The notes under the pieces are model-generated. The model did not search any database. It was not told the DNA's origin and saw only the letters and a list, made by a program, of their open reading frames with translations. A stretch of 64,000 bases of DNA from assembly GCA_963739455.1 (NCBI GenBank), contig CAVUAK010000001.1, positions 1,216,001-1,280,000 of the forward strand, written 5' to 3'. Positions 19,471-29,079 of this stretch are shown in pieces. Position 1 is the stretch's first letter; each line of letters starts with the position of its first letter. The stretch comes from an uncultured Gemmatimonadales bacterium (GTDB taxonomy: Bacteria; Gemmatimonadota; Gemmatimonadetes; Gemmatimonadales; GWC2-71-9). The position numbers and the translations under genes are program-made.

Positions 19471-22381
19471 TGCGCTCCTCGAGGGTGAGTCGGAGGAGCA
19501 GTGCGACCCGCTCCTCGACAACGGCGTTCGTTTCGTCGCACTGAACTGAGGAGACAGCGCATGCCAGGGTCGTGTCCTCGAACACCCCGGATGGCAGGGG
19601 CAGGTCTTCGATGACGCGGGCGTTGAATCGGCGGAAGCCGCTCGCCGCCAGCGGTGCGCGAATGGCGGCCAGGGCACGCATCCAGGTGGTGTTGAGGAGC
19701 GCTGCAAGCACCTCGGCGGTGCGAGCGTCGGGCGTGGTGAGCACGTAGCAGGTATTCAAGGGCACCAGCCTGCCGTGGGCAGCGCTGACGAGCGCCGCCG
19801 CCTCGAGGCGGCGGGCGAGGTCGGGCCACACCACCCGATGCGCACCCAGGGCAGCGCGGGTGCGGAACAGTGTCCACGGTGGGCCATCCCGATAGTCGGC
19901 CCGACGAGTGAGCCGATCGCGCTGCGCCTTGAAGTACGCTGCCGCCCGGGGTGGCAGCGCGCGGAGCGCATCTCCCGCGGCATCGCAGGGCCAGCGGATC
20001 CACATGCTGGATGTCACCTGTCCCGCCTTGATGTCACGGCCCCGCACCGCGCGGCGCATTACTTCCGGTTCGATGTCGGGGACGGAAGTGAGGAAGACGT
20101 CATCGGCACCGGTCTTCACGCCGAGGCTGCACCGCCAGCGATGGCGGATGGGCAGGCACTCACGCGCGAGACGCCCAGCAGCGCGACCGACGGCGTCACC
20201 CGCCAGCATCCATGGCCCGTCGCCCTCGAGTGACGACTGGACCACCATGGGAGCGGCCGCCTCGAGCGTGGTGCGGGTAAGCTGGCCGCTCGCCGGGCGC
20301 GCCTTCCGCGACACCAGTGCCATGGGGTAGACGGTGGCATCGAACGCCTTCGCGTCATCGGCCGGCATGTCGGCCACCGCATGCAGCGTCGTTGTCCCTG
20401 CCAGCGCGCGCCTCAGGGTGGAGGCGTACCCAGCGTGACGGAGCTTGGCCGGGATGAGCAGCGCCACGGTGCCACCATCGCGGGTGAGCTCGAGGGAGCG
20501 CTCGACGAATGCCACCGAGAGATCGGGATAGTTCTGGTAGCCGCGCGTCGGGGCAGGGCGAAACCAGCGGTAGCGCTCGGCCAGCCGGTGCCGCAGCGGG
20601 CGCGTGAGTGCCTCGCTTCGCACCCACGGCGGATTGCCGACGACCAGGTCGAAGCCGCCGGCCGCCATGACATCGGCGAAGTGCACCGAGTAGTCAAAGC
20701 TGGGAAGGCCGCCGTCGCGCGCGAGGCGTCGCCGGGCCGAGCGGAGTTCGCGCCTGAGCCGGCGCGCGTTCGTGAGATGCGCCCGCTCTTCGCGAGCCAA
20801 CCCACGCGCCTCCCCGAAGAGTGTTGCCGCGCGTGCGTGCTCCAGCAACTCGATGATTCGCGCCTCCACCGCCTCGATGGACCGCGCCAACGACGATGCC
20901 TCGGCCGATTCCTCGGCATGACGAAGGGCGCGCAGTGCGTGACGCTTGCCGGCGCCCGACGCGGTGATCGCCACATGGCGCGCGCGGCGGAGTTCCACGG
21001 CCTGGGCAGCGTCGGGGCGATGGAGTCCCTGGCGGCTCCAGAGCGTATCGCCCTGGCGCACTACGGCGTCGAGGTTGGGAAGCGGGGGCACGGCAGCGGG
21101 ATCGGTGGCGTCGTCGTCGGCGATGACGGCGAGCCAGAGGCGAAGCTCGGCGAGGCGCACGGCGGTGGGATCGACGTCGACGCCAAAGAGGTTGCGCGCG
21201 AGCACGCGCCGCCGCGCCCCTGAGGCAGTCTCATGCGGTTGCTGCGTGAGCTGCGCGACCCGCTCGAGCGCACCCAGCAGGAAGGCGCCCGAGCCAACTG
21301 CGGGGTCGAGGACGGTCACGTCGGTGAGCGGCACACTGGAATGCTCGCCGTGGACCGTGATCACAAAATCGACAAGTCGCTGAACCAGCGACGCGGGAGT
21401 GTAGTAGGTGCCGGAGCGATGCCGTTGCTCCGGGTCCATCAGCCCCTCGAAGACGCGACCCAGCATGTCGGGCGCCACAACGCTGCCATCCCCCTCGCGG
21501 GTGGTGAAGTGGAATCCCTCGAACAGGTTGTCGAAGGCATCGCGCCACGCCAGCGTCGGGAGATCCACCTTCCAGCGCCGCTCGAGTGCGTGCGGCTCGA
21601 ACAGCCCACCATTCAGGAAGGGAAGCTTCCCGAATCGGCGCGCAATCGCTCCGCGCTGCTCGAAGGGCCGATTGAGGGCACCGAAGAAGAGTGGCCGGAG
21701 CAAGTCGCGATGCAGCGGGCGTCGGCGCAGCAGGCAGTCGTCCACAGCGCGCGCGATGAAATCAGGGCGACCATCAAGCCAGCCCTTGCTCTGGACGAAG
21801 TAGAGGAAGAGCACGCGGGTGAGCTGCAGCAAGGCGAGCGCGCTCCGGTCACCAGCGGATGGCCCGGCGGGCAGGGCACCCTGGAACGCCTCGAAAGTGC
21901 GGCGGAACTGTCGAAAGAACCTGGTGCCGAGTGGTTCGATGGACAGAAGCTCGGCCAGGCGCGCCGCCGCCTCGAGTGGCGGGAGGTCGCGCAGGGCGGT
22001 GATGCGTTCCAGCGCCGTGATTGCCGCCGGGTCGGGATGGTCCAGGGAGAGTTCGAGGACCGGAGGGTGATCGATCGCCACGGTCAGGACGAGTCGCCGG
22101 TGCTCCGCGTCGAGGCAGGCTATTCCTGCCGGGCGTCCCAGTGCTGCGCGAGCCCGGGCAACGGCCCGCCCGGCGACGCGCCCGTCCCGCGCCGACAGGG
22201 TGATCCACGGGAGGGTGCCCTGGGCATCGAGCGTCGCCATGCGGAGCACCTGCGCCGCCGGCGAGGTCTCAAGCGCTGCAGGATCAAGGGGATGCCACGC
22301 GCCCCTGACCTCGAGCGCCGCGAAGAGACGGCGGAGGCCGGACCAGGAGATGACCTGTGGAAGAAGCGTTGCGATCGGCAT
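19433..22381 (-). CDS. Eco57I/type IIG-like N6-adenine DNA methyltransferase with TRD; no recognisable nuclease domain
   Basis: 'PFLNGGLF', 'LGRVFEGLM', 'GTYYTP', 'LDPAVGSGAFL', 'GFDLVVGNPPW', C-terminal 'LNTCY..LLN'. Confidence 0.9.
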   Translation of the reverse strand: MPIATLLPQVISWSGLRRLFAALEVRGAWHPLDPAALETSPAAQVLRMATLDAQGTLPWITLSARDGRVAGRAVARARAALGRPAGIACLDAEHRRLVLTVAIDHPPVLELSLDHPDPAAITALERITALRDLPPLEAAARLAELLSIEPLGTRFFRQFRRTFEAFQGALPAGPSAGDRSALALLQLTRVLFLYFVQSKGWLDGRPDFIARAVDDCLLRRRPLHRDLLRPLFFGALNRPFEQRGAIARRFGKLPFLNGGLFEPHALERRWKVDLPTLAWRDAFDNLFEGFHFTTREGDGSVVAPDMLGRVFEGLMDPEQRHRSGTYYTPASLVQRLVDFVITVHGEHSSVPLTDVTVLDPAVGSGAFLLGALERVAQLTQQPHETASGARRRVLARNLFGVDVDPTAVRLAELRLWLAVIADDDATDPAAVPPLPNLDAVVRQGDTLWSRQGLHRPDAAQAVELRRARHVAITASGAGKRHALRALRHAEESAEASSLARSIEAVEARIIELLEHARAATLFGEARGLAREERAHLTNARRLRRELRSARRRLARDGGLPSFDYSVHFADVMAAGGFDLVVGNPPWVRSEALTRPLRHRLAERYRWFRPAPTRGYQNYPDLSVAFVERSLELTRDGGTVALLIPAKLRHAGYASTLRRALAGTTTLHAVADMPADDAKAFDATVYPMALVSRKARPASGQLTRTTLEAAAPMVVQSSLEGDGPWMLAGDAVGRAAGRLARECLPIRHRWRCSLGVKTGADDVFLTSVPDIEPEVMRRAVRGRDIKAGQVTSSMWIRWPCDAAGDALRALPPRAAAYFKAQRDRLTRRADYRDGPPWTLFRTRAALGAHRVVWPDLARRLEAAALVSAAHGRLVPLNTCYVLTTPDARTAEVLAALLNTTWMRALAAIRAPLAASGFRRFNARVIEDLPLPSGVFEDTTLACAVSSVQCDETNAVVEERVALLLRLTLEERNALSAIVTEHRC

Positions 22382-22536
22382 GGTGTGGTGCCCCCTGGGC
22401 GACACACCATGCCATGCCCGGAGGGAGCGACCGGCACCCCGCTACCGCGCGAGGGATCAATCGATCGCTCCCCCCGTTCCGTTCCGGGCCCATCGGGTTA
22501 AGACTTCCGCCCCGGATTGCACCCAATGGAGGTTGT

Positions 22537-23213
22537 ATGCAGGGCAGGTTGATGGCAGGACTGATGGCCGGCGTCGTGGCCACCTCACCACTCGCGGCGC
22601 AGGCTGCCGCGACGGCGCCGACCGACTCGGCGGGCTTCGTTGTCATGAAGAATGCCAGGACACGGTGGCCATCGAGCGGTTCGAGCACAGCGACGTGACC
22701 TGGCGCGGCACGCTGGCCCTGGCCTCGAAGAAGGACGTTGCCGACAGCTGGTCGCTCGTGACGGCGCCCGATGGCACCGTGCCGCTGGTCGAGGTGATGG
22801 AGTCGCAGAAGCCGCCCGATCCGCGCATGAAGGCTCGCGTCATTTCGCGGGCGCGCGTCATCATGAAGGGCGATTCGGTGTCGGTGGACCAGATGACGCC
22901 CAACGGACTCGTCACCCGCCTGTTCGGGTCCGAGGCGGGAGCAGTGCCCTACCTCAACCTGTCATTCGGCATGCTCGAAGTGGGCCTGCGCCAGGCGCAG
23001 ATCTCGGCGCAGAAGGATTCCCTCGGACTCAAGGTGTTCTTCTTCAACCTTGGGGGCGGGCAGACGGTGCGGGGAACGCTGGTGCAGAATACCGACGGCA
23101 AGGCAGTGCTGAGCATCGGGGAGATAAAGATGGACCTCGTGCAGGCGCCGGATGGCCGGCTCCTGTCGGTTGCTATCCCCGCACAGGGGTTGAGGGCGGA
23201 GCGGGTTCAGTAG
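22537..23213 (+). CDS. Hypothetical secreted protein (frameshift near 22660)
   Basis: GGAGG RBS; signal peptide 'MQGRLMAGLMAGVVATSPLAAQ'; continues as 'DTVAIERF'. Confidence 0.65.
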
Positions 23214-24364
23214 CGATACCAGTTACCTCGTCGTACACCCGGCCGCGCCACTCCACGCGCCGGGTGCCCCGCCATGCCGAACGCGCCATGATCCACAGGA
23301 ACATGGCGGCGCCAAGCGGATAGAGCAGGCCATACCAGGTCGGCACCTGCATTCCGAAGCTGATGAGCGCCCAGAAGACCACCGAGAGCAGCGTGGCGAT
23401 CGCTGCCGGCGCCAGCAAGTCTGGCGTGTGCCCGGCGAATGCGCAGAACAAAATGACCGGCGGCACGAGCCAGAAGACCCCGCCCAGCGCCATGGCGACC
23501 GGTGCGAAGAACCGAAGAACCGGGTTCCTGCCGAGTGAAATGCGCGACCCGATGAAGACGTTCTTGGACCATCCCTCGACCAGCTGGCGCAGCGTCTGGT
23601 ACATCCGGGTTTCCATCAGGTCGTAGGCGAAGACGAAGTAGAGTTTCTTCCCCATCTCCACCACGCGCTGTGCCAGCGCCAGGTCCTCGACCACCTCGCC
23701 CCGCACCGCGGCATGCCCACCGATCGCGGCATAGTTCACGCGCCCGAACATCATGAACTGCCCATTCGCAACAACACCCCACGGCCTGGTTGCCTTGTTG
23801 ACCGTGCTCGGGTGATAGCGAACACCGAGCATGACCCAGACGTGCGGCATGATGACACGCTCCCAGAAGCTCAGGACGATCTGCCTTGGCGCCACGGTGA
23901 GCAGGTCGGCCCTCGACTGCTGAAGCATGGAGACGGCGCGTGCAAGCAACTCCGGGTGATGCTTGGTGTCGGCGTCGGTGAAGAGGAGGATCTCGCCGGT
24001 TGCGGCATCGGCGCCCTGCTGGCACGCCCACGGCTTTCCGTACCATCCGCGCGGCAGTGCTCGCCCGGAGACGAGGCGGAGCCGCGGGTCGGTGCGCGGC
24101 CAGTGCCGTCACCTTCCGCGCCGTGTCGTCGGTGGAGCGGTCGTCCACCACGATCACCTCGAGCGGCGCATAGGTGGAAGCGAGCACTGAGGCGAGGACG
24201 GTCTCGATCTGCGCGGACTCGTTGCGGGCGGGAATGATGACCGTGAGGGGCACGCCGGTGACCGGCGGCACATCGTTCAGGCTCGGCTTGCTGCACGCCA
24301 GGCGGGGGATGCCGAAGAAGGGTGCCAGCCAGGGCAGCGCCTGGAGCCACGCCACAGTGAACAT
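23173..24364 (-). CDS. Glycosyltransferase family 2, membrane-associated (frameshifted)
   Basis: 'IIPARNE', 'VVDDRSTD', 'GWYGKPWAC', 'FTDAD', 'ANGQF', 'VEDLALA', 'EGWSKN', 'VEWRGR'. Confidence 0.88.
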
Positions 24365-24924
24365 CAGCTGCGGTGCGACAGGTTGGCGAGCTCGCCTTCG
24401 AGGTGGGTGAGGTGCCGGTCGATCTCTTCGAGGTCGTGCTCGGCGTCGTCGGCCACTGGAACGCCATTGCGGGCGAAGAGCGTGGCGACGAGCGCGTCGG
24501 TGTAGCCCACGACGGCAGTGGCGAGACCGCGATCGACCAGACGGTTGAGCCGGAGCATGATTGCGAGGGCCTGGCGTGGCCGGAGGGCAGTGACGATGGG
24601 TGCCAGGCGCAGGGTCAGGATGTCGCGCAGGTGCTGCAGTTCCTCCACCACCTCGCCGGCGGCGAGCCCGCGCATGGAGCCGACACGGCCGTACTGCTCA
24701 CACGCCTTGATCCAGATGGGCATCACCTCGCGCCGGAAGGGCCCGACGCTCTGGCCCGACAGGTCCACGAGCAGGCGGAACTCCCGCTCGATGAAGAGGC
24801 GGGGAATCATGCCCGTGGCCGTGAGCTTGTCGTCGAGGCGCCGCGACCAGTCGGCGATCAATGCTTCCCGGGACTCGGCGATGACACGGCCGGCTGCCAA
24901 CAGCGCAGGTTGCGATGCGCGCAG
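24364..24924 (-). CDS. Conserved-looking helical hypothetical protein (RsbRD_N-like); possible CTG start
   Basis: Open frame; AAGGAG 6 nt before CTG at 24924; 'YGRVGSMRGLAAGEVVEELQHLR'; stop overlaps the GT2 start. Confidence 0.6.
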   Translation of the reverse strand: MRASQPALLAAGRVIAESREALIADWSRRLDDKLTATGMIPRLFIEREFRLLVDLSGQSVGPFRREVMPIWIKACEQYGRVGSMRGLAAGEVVEELQHLRDILTLRLAPIVTALRPRQALAIMLRLNRLVDRGLATAVVGYTDALVATLFARNGVPVADDAEHDLEEIDRHLTHLEGELANLSHRS

Positions 24925-24968
24925 GGCGTTCTCCTTGGATGATGCGGCGGCAATCTATATTGGCTTGT

Positions 24969-25934
24969 ATGACCCGGTCAAAAGTCGTGACACTGCCGCC
25001 GCGCCTCGCCGCGGGTGCCCGCGTCGCCATCGTGGCACCTTCCGGCCCTTGCCTCGAGCAGGATGACTTCACGCGGGCCATCGAATTGTGCCGCGCGCTC
25101 GGCCTCGACGCGGTGCTGGGGCCGCATGTGCGCGACCGACTGGGTTACCTCGCGGGGAGCGATGCCGACCGCCTCGGCGACCTCAACGCTGCATTGCGCG
25201 ATCCGGCGGTGGATGCGGTCTGGTGCATTCGCGGCGGCTACGGAATGACGCGCATCCTGGAGGAAGTGGATTTCGCGGCGCTCAGGAAGAGGCCCAAGGC
25301 GATCATCGGGTATTCCGATATCACGGCGTTGCTGAACGGCGCGCTGCAGGAAGCCGGAGTGGTGACCTTTCATGGTCCCACGGCGCGGAACCCGATGCCC
25401 GAGTTCAGCCTCCGACACTTCGACGAGGTACTGCGCAACGCTGAGCCCGCCGGCAGGCTGGAGCGATTGCCACAGGTGCCCGGCGTGCAGGCGGCGCGTG
25501 AGAACCGCATCGTGACGCTCCGCGAGGGCGTGGCGGAGGGCCCGTTGGTCGGCGGCAATCTGTCGCTCCTGCAGTGCCTCATCGGTACGCGATTCTTCCC
25601 CGACCTCACCGGCGCGATCCTCTTCATCGAGGATGTGGGAGAGGCGCTGTACCGGGTTGACCGCATGCTCTCGCACTTCCGCGCCGTCGGTGCGCTGGGC
25701 AACCTCGCCGGTGTCCTGGTAGGTCGCTTCACAGAGATGAAGCGCGAGACTGGTGACGGAGCCTTCGGCTTCGACGAAGTGCTCGAGCAGTACTTCGGCG
25801 GCCTCGGTATTCCCGTCGCGTACGGCTTCCCGGTGGGACACATCAAGGACCAGTGGACGCTTCCCCTCGGTGTTCGCGCGCGGCTCGATGCCACCAATGG
25901 CGACGTGGACCTGCTCGAGGGGGCAGTGACCTGA
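24969..25934 (+). CDS. ldcA: LD-carboxypeptidase (peptidase S66)
   Basis: 'VAIVAPSG', 'RGGYG', 'GYSDIT', 'GGNLSLL', 'IEDVGE', 'PVGH'. Confidence 0.93.
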   Translation: MTRSKVVTLPPRLAAGARVAIVAPSGPCLEQDDFTRAIELCRALGLDAVLGPHVRDRLGYLAGSDADRLGDLNAALRDPAVDAVWCIRGGYGMTRILEEVDFAALRKRPKAIIGYSDITALLNGALQEAGVVTFHGPTARNPMPEFSLRHFDEVLRNAEPAGRLERLPQVPGVQAARENRIVTLREGVAEGPLVGGNLSLLQCLIGTRFFPDLTGAILFIEDVGEALYRVDRMLSHFRAVGALGNLAGVLVGRFTEMKRETGDGAFGFDEVLEQYFGGLGIPVAYGFPVGHIKDQWTLPLGVRARLDATNGDVDLLEGAVT

Positions 25935-26771
25935 TGGCGACCCCCACGCTCACGAGCCACGAACTGCCGCGGCGTGCTGGGCCCGATCCTGGTGGATGTT
26001 CGCGCCGGGGGACGGGACACCCCGCGTCCAGCCGTCGTGGTCGTGCACGGGTTCAAGGGCTTCAAGGACTGGGGAATGTTCCCCCCGCTTGCAGACCGGC
26101 TGGCGCGGGCGGGCTTCGTGGCGGTGACACTCAACCTCAGCGGGTCCGGCGTCGACGGCTCGGGCGCCTTTGTGTTTCCGGAGCGATTTGGTCACGCCAC
26201 CTTCAGCTCCGACCTCGAGGATCTTGGGCGGGTGCTCGATGCGCTCTCGGCGGGAGCGCTTGACGTCGCGGCGCCTTCGAGTATCGGCTTGCTGGGTCAC
26301 TCGCGCGGGGGGGCGACCGTCATCCTCGACGCGGCTCGCGATGCGCGGGTTGCCGCGCTGGTTACGTGGGCGTCGATCTCCACAGTGCATCGCTGGCCGG
26401 CCGAAGTCGTGCGGATGTGGCGGAAGACGGGCCGGCAGGACGTCGTAAATGCCAGGACAGGAGAAGTCCTTCCGCTCTACATCGACGTGATCGACGACAA
26501 CGAACGGAACGCTGACCGCCTCGACGTGCTGGTGGCAGCGGAGCGGATCACTGTGCCATGGCTGCTGGTTCATGGCGACGCCGATGAGGCGGTGCCGCTG
26601 GCGGAGGGCGAACGGCTCGCGGCGTTGCTGCGGCATCCATCGAGCAGGCGGGAGTGGATTGCCGGCGGACAGCACACCTTCGGCGCGAAGCAGCCGTGGG
26701 CTGGCAGCACGCCGGAGCTGGAGCGGGTGTTCGCCGCGAGCGTTGCCTGGTTCGCGCGCTACCTCACGTGA
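25934..26771 (+). CDS. Alpha/beta hydrolase (frameshift near 25970)
   Basis: 'HGFKGFKDWG', GHSRGG, 'VHGDADEAV', 'HTFG'. Confidence 0.88.
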
Positions 26772-27615
26772 TGGAGCGGGTCGCGAGTCGTCACTGGTGC
26801 CAACCGGGGTATCGGGCAGGCGATCGCTGAGGGGATGGCGCGCGCCGACTTCCGAACCGTGCTGGTCTGTCGTCGCCGGGAGGATGGCGAGCGCGCCATG
26901 GAGGGGATTGCGTCGCGCACCGGCAACCACGCGCTCGAGGTAATGACAGCGGATTTCTCGAGCCTGGCGCAGGTGCGGCGGCTGGGCGAGGAAATCGTGA
27001 CGCGATTCCCCGCCATCAAGGTCCTGGTGAACAATGCCGCGCTGGCGAAAAAGCAGCGGGAGGAGAGCGTCGACGGTATCGAGCTCACGCTCGCGGTGAA
27101 TCATGTCGCTGCATTTGAACTGACGCGGCTCCTGCTGCCGGCGCTCACACGCGGTGCGCCATCACGGGTGGTCACCGTCTCGTCTGCGGCTCAGCGACGA
27201 AGGAAGATCGTCCTCGACGACCTGCAGAATGTCCGGCGACCATACGGCGGGGTGAGAGTGTACGGCGAGACGAAGCTCATGAACGTGCTCTTCACGCGAG
27301 AACTGGCACGACGCACCGCGGGCACCGGGGTTACCGCCACGTGCTGTCATCCGGGGGTCATCGGCACCGACGGACTGGTGAACTACTTCCCCGCGCCGCT
27401 GCGGCCATTTGTCGCTGCGTTCACGGGCACCGTCGAGCGCGGGGCTGACACGCCGGTATGGCTGGCGACAGCACCTGAGATACAGGGACGAGACAGGCGG
27501 CTACTACATCCGCCGCCGGCTCGCGAAACCGAATCCCCAGGCGGAGGATACGGAGCTGGCGCGCCGGTTCTGGGAAGCGAGTGAGGCGCTGGCGTCGAGT
27601 GGGGCCTCGTCATGA
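26771..27615 (+). CDS. SDR family oxidoreductase (frameshifted)
   Basis: 'TGANRGIG', 'LVNNA', 'VSS', YxxxK 'YGETK', 'HPG'. Confidence 0.88.
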
Positions 27616-28175
27616 GTGACCTGATTTCCAGCGTAATCGCGCGTCGCTTTGGGCGGCCTCCAGTGCAGGTGGAGCCGGCCCCGGTGCTGCGCTGGGCCGC
27701 GGTCGCGATTGTTCTGGTGCCAGAGCCCGATTCGCTCCTGCTGGTGCGACGCGCCGAGCGATCGGGAGACCCCTGGTCGGGCCAGATGGCACTGCCCGGC
27801 GGACGGCGTGAGGGCGAGGAGGACCTGCTCTTCACCGCGATCCGGGAAACGGAAGAAGAGGTCGGGCTGGTTCTCCCTCCTGAGATGCTGGTGGGTGTCC
27901 TCGACGACATGGCACCGCGCACGCCGGTGCTCCCGCCGATTGCGGTGCGGCCATACGTCTTCCACTTGCCGCGCCGGGCACCGGTCGACCGCATCAGCGA
28001 GGAGATTGCAGCCACGCATTGGGTGCCGCTGACCAACCTGCTCAGCGACGAGTATTACGCTACCGCCGAGGTCATGGTGCGATCCCAGCAGATGCGGGTG
28101 CCGGCGTTCCGGCTGGAAGAGGGGACCGTCTGGGGAATGACGGAGCGGATATTGAGCGATCTGCTCAAGACGTGA
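27612..28175 (+). CDS. Nudix CoA pyrophosphatase
   Basis: 'WSGQMALPGG', Nudix box 'TAIRETEEEVG', 'VWGMTERI'. Confidence 0.9.
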   Translation: MSDLISSVIARRFGRPPVQVEPAPVLRWAAVAIVLVPEPDSLLLVRRAERSGDPWSGQMALPGGRREGEEDLLFTAIRETEEEVGLVLPPEMLVGVLDDMAPRTPVLPPIAVRPYVFHLPRRAPVDRISEEIAATHWVPLTNLLSDEYYATAEVMVRSQQMRVPAFRLEEGTVWGMTERILSDLLKT

Positions 28176-29061
28176 GGACGTGAGGACGTGAAGACGTGAA
28201 GAACTCCGCGAGAAGTTCAAGGCTGTCCACGAGGCGCGGACCGGGACGACTCAAGTAGGCATTGCCGTCGATGACGTGCACCCGCCCAGTGCGGGCGGCG
28301 GGAAGGTCGGAGACACCAGGCAGCGCCAGGAACGCCGGCATGTCGAGCATCGTCCGCTCCACGTCAAACCCGCAACACGCGATCACCAGCACATCGGGCG
28401 CCGCCGCCAGCAGTTCATCGAGCGCCATCGTCCGGCTCCGCTCGCCTTCCTTCGCCACCACCTCAGTTCCACCCGCCAGGCGCACCAGCTCCGGCGTCCA
28501 GTGACCGCAGGTGAAGAGTGGATCGAGCCACTCGAGCACCACTACGCGGGGTTTTTCGCCGTGTTCGGCCGCCTCAACCACCGCCTGAACACGTGCGCGT
28601 AGTCCAGCGATCGCGCGCCGTGCCTCATCCCGGCATCCTGCTGCTTCCCCGACCACCGCGATGCTCTCGAACACCTGGTCCAGTGTCTCCGGCTCGAGGT
28701 TCACGACGCGCGGCTGGCCCGGCAGGCTGCATGCCGCCGCCTGCACCTCGGCTTCGGCAACCGCGCAGACATCGCAGAGCGCCTGCGTCACCAGCAGCTC
28801 GGGTCGCAGCTTCTCGAGCACAGGGAGGTCGAGGGTGTACAGCGCATTGCCAGTCTTCAGGCGCTCGCGCACCAGCGCATCGATGGCGCCGCTGCTGGCG
28901 TCGTGCGGAATAAGCGTGTGGGTGACCTTGGGAAGCCGGCGGACGGACGGCGGGTAGTCGCACTCGTGGGTGACGCCGACCAGCGAGTCCTCGAGGCCGA
29001 GGGCGCAGATGATTTCGGTGGCGGAAGGCAGGAGGGACACGATGCGCACCAGCAGCTCCAT
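28165..29061 (-). CDS. BtuF-like cobalamin/iron-complex periplasmic-binding-fold protein
   Basis: 'RIVSLLPSATEIICALG', 'THECDYP', 'TQALCDVCAV', 'GHWTPE', 'SRPGPRL'. Confidence 0.88.
   Translation of the reverse strand: MELLVRIVSLLPSATEIICALGLEDSLVGVTHECDYPPSVRRLPKVTHTLIPHDASSGAIDALVRERLKTGNALYTLDLPVLEKLRPELLVTQALCDVCAVAEAEVQAAACSLPGQPRVVNLEPETLDQVFESIAVVGEAAGCRDEARRAIAGLRARVQAVVEAAEHGEKPRVVVLEWLDPLFTCGHWTPELVRLAGGTEVVAKEGERSRTMALDELLAAAPDVLVIACCGFDVERTMLDMPAFLALPGVSDLPAARTGRVHVIDGNAYLSRPGPRLVDSLELLAEFFTSSRPHVLTS
28169..28202 (+). repeat. 8-mer tandem repeat (GACGTGAR)x4
   Basis: gacgtgag gacgtgag gacgtgaa gacgtgaa ga at the convergent gene junction. Confidence 0.8.
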
Positions 29062-29079
29062 GCTCGGGACCTGCGGAAG

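Noticed and set aside
17153..22381. Calling the MTase-helicase pair BREX or a complete DISARM system
   Set aside because: No pglZ/brxC or drmA/B/C homologue is recognisable in the window.
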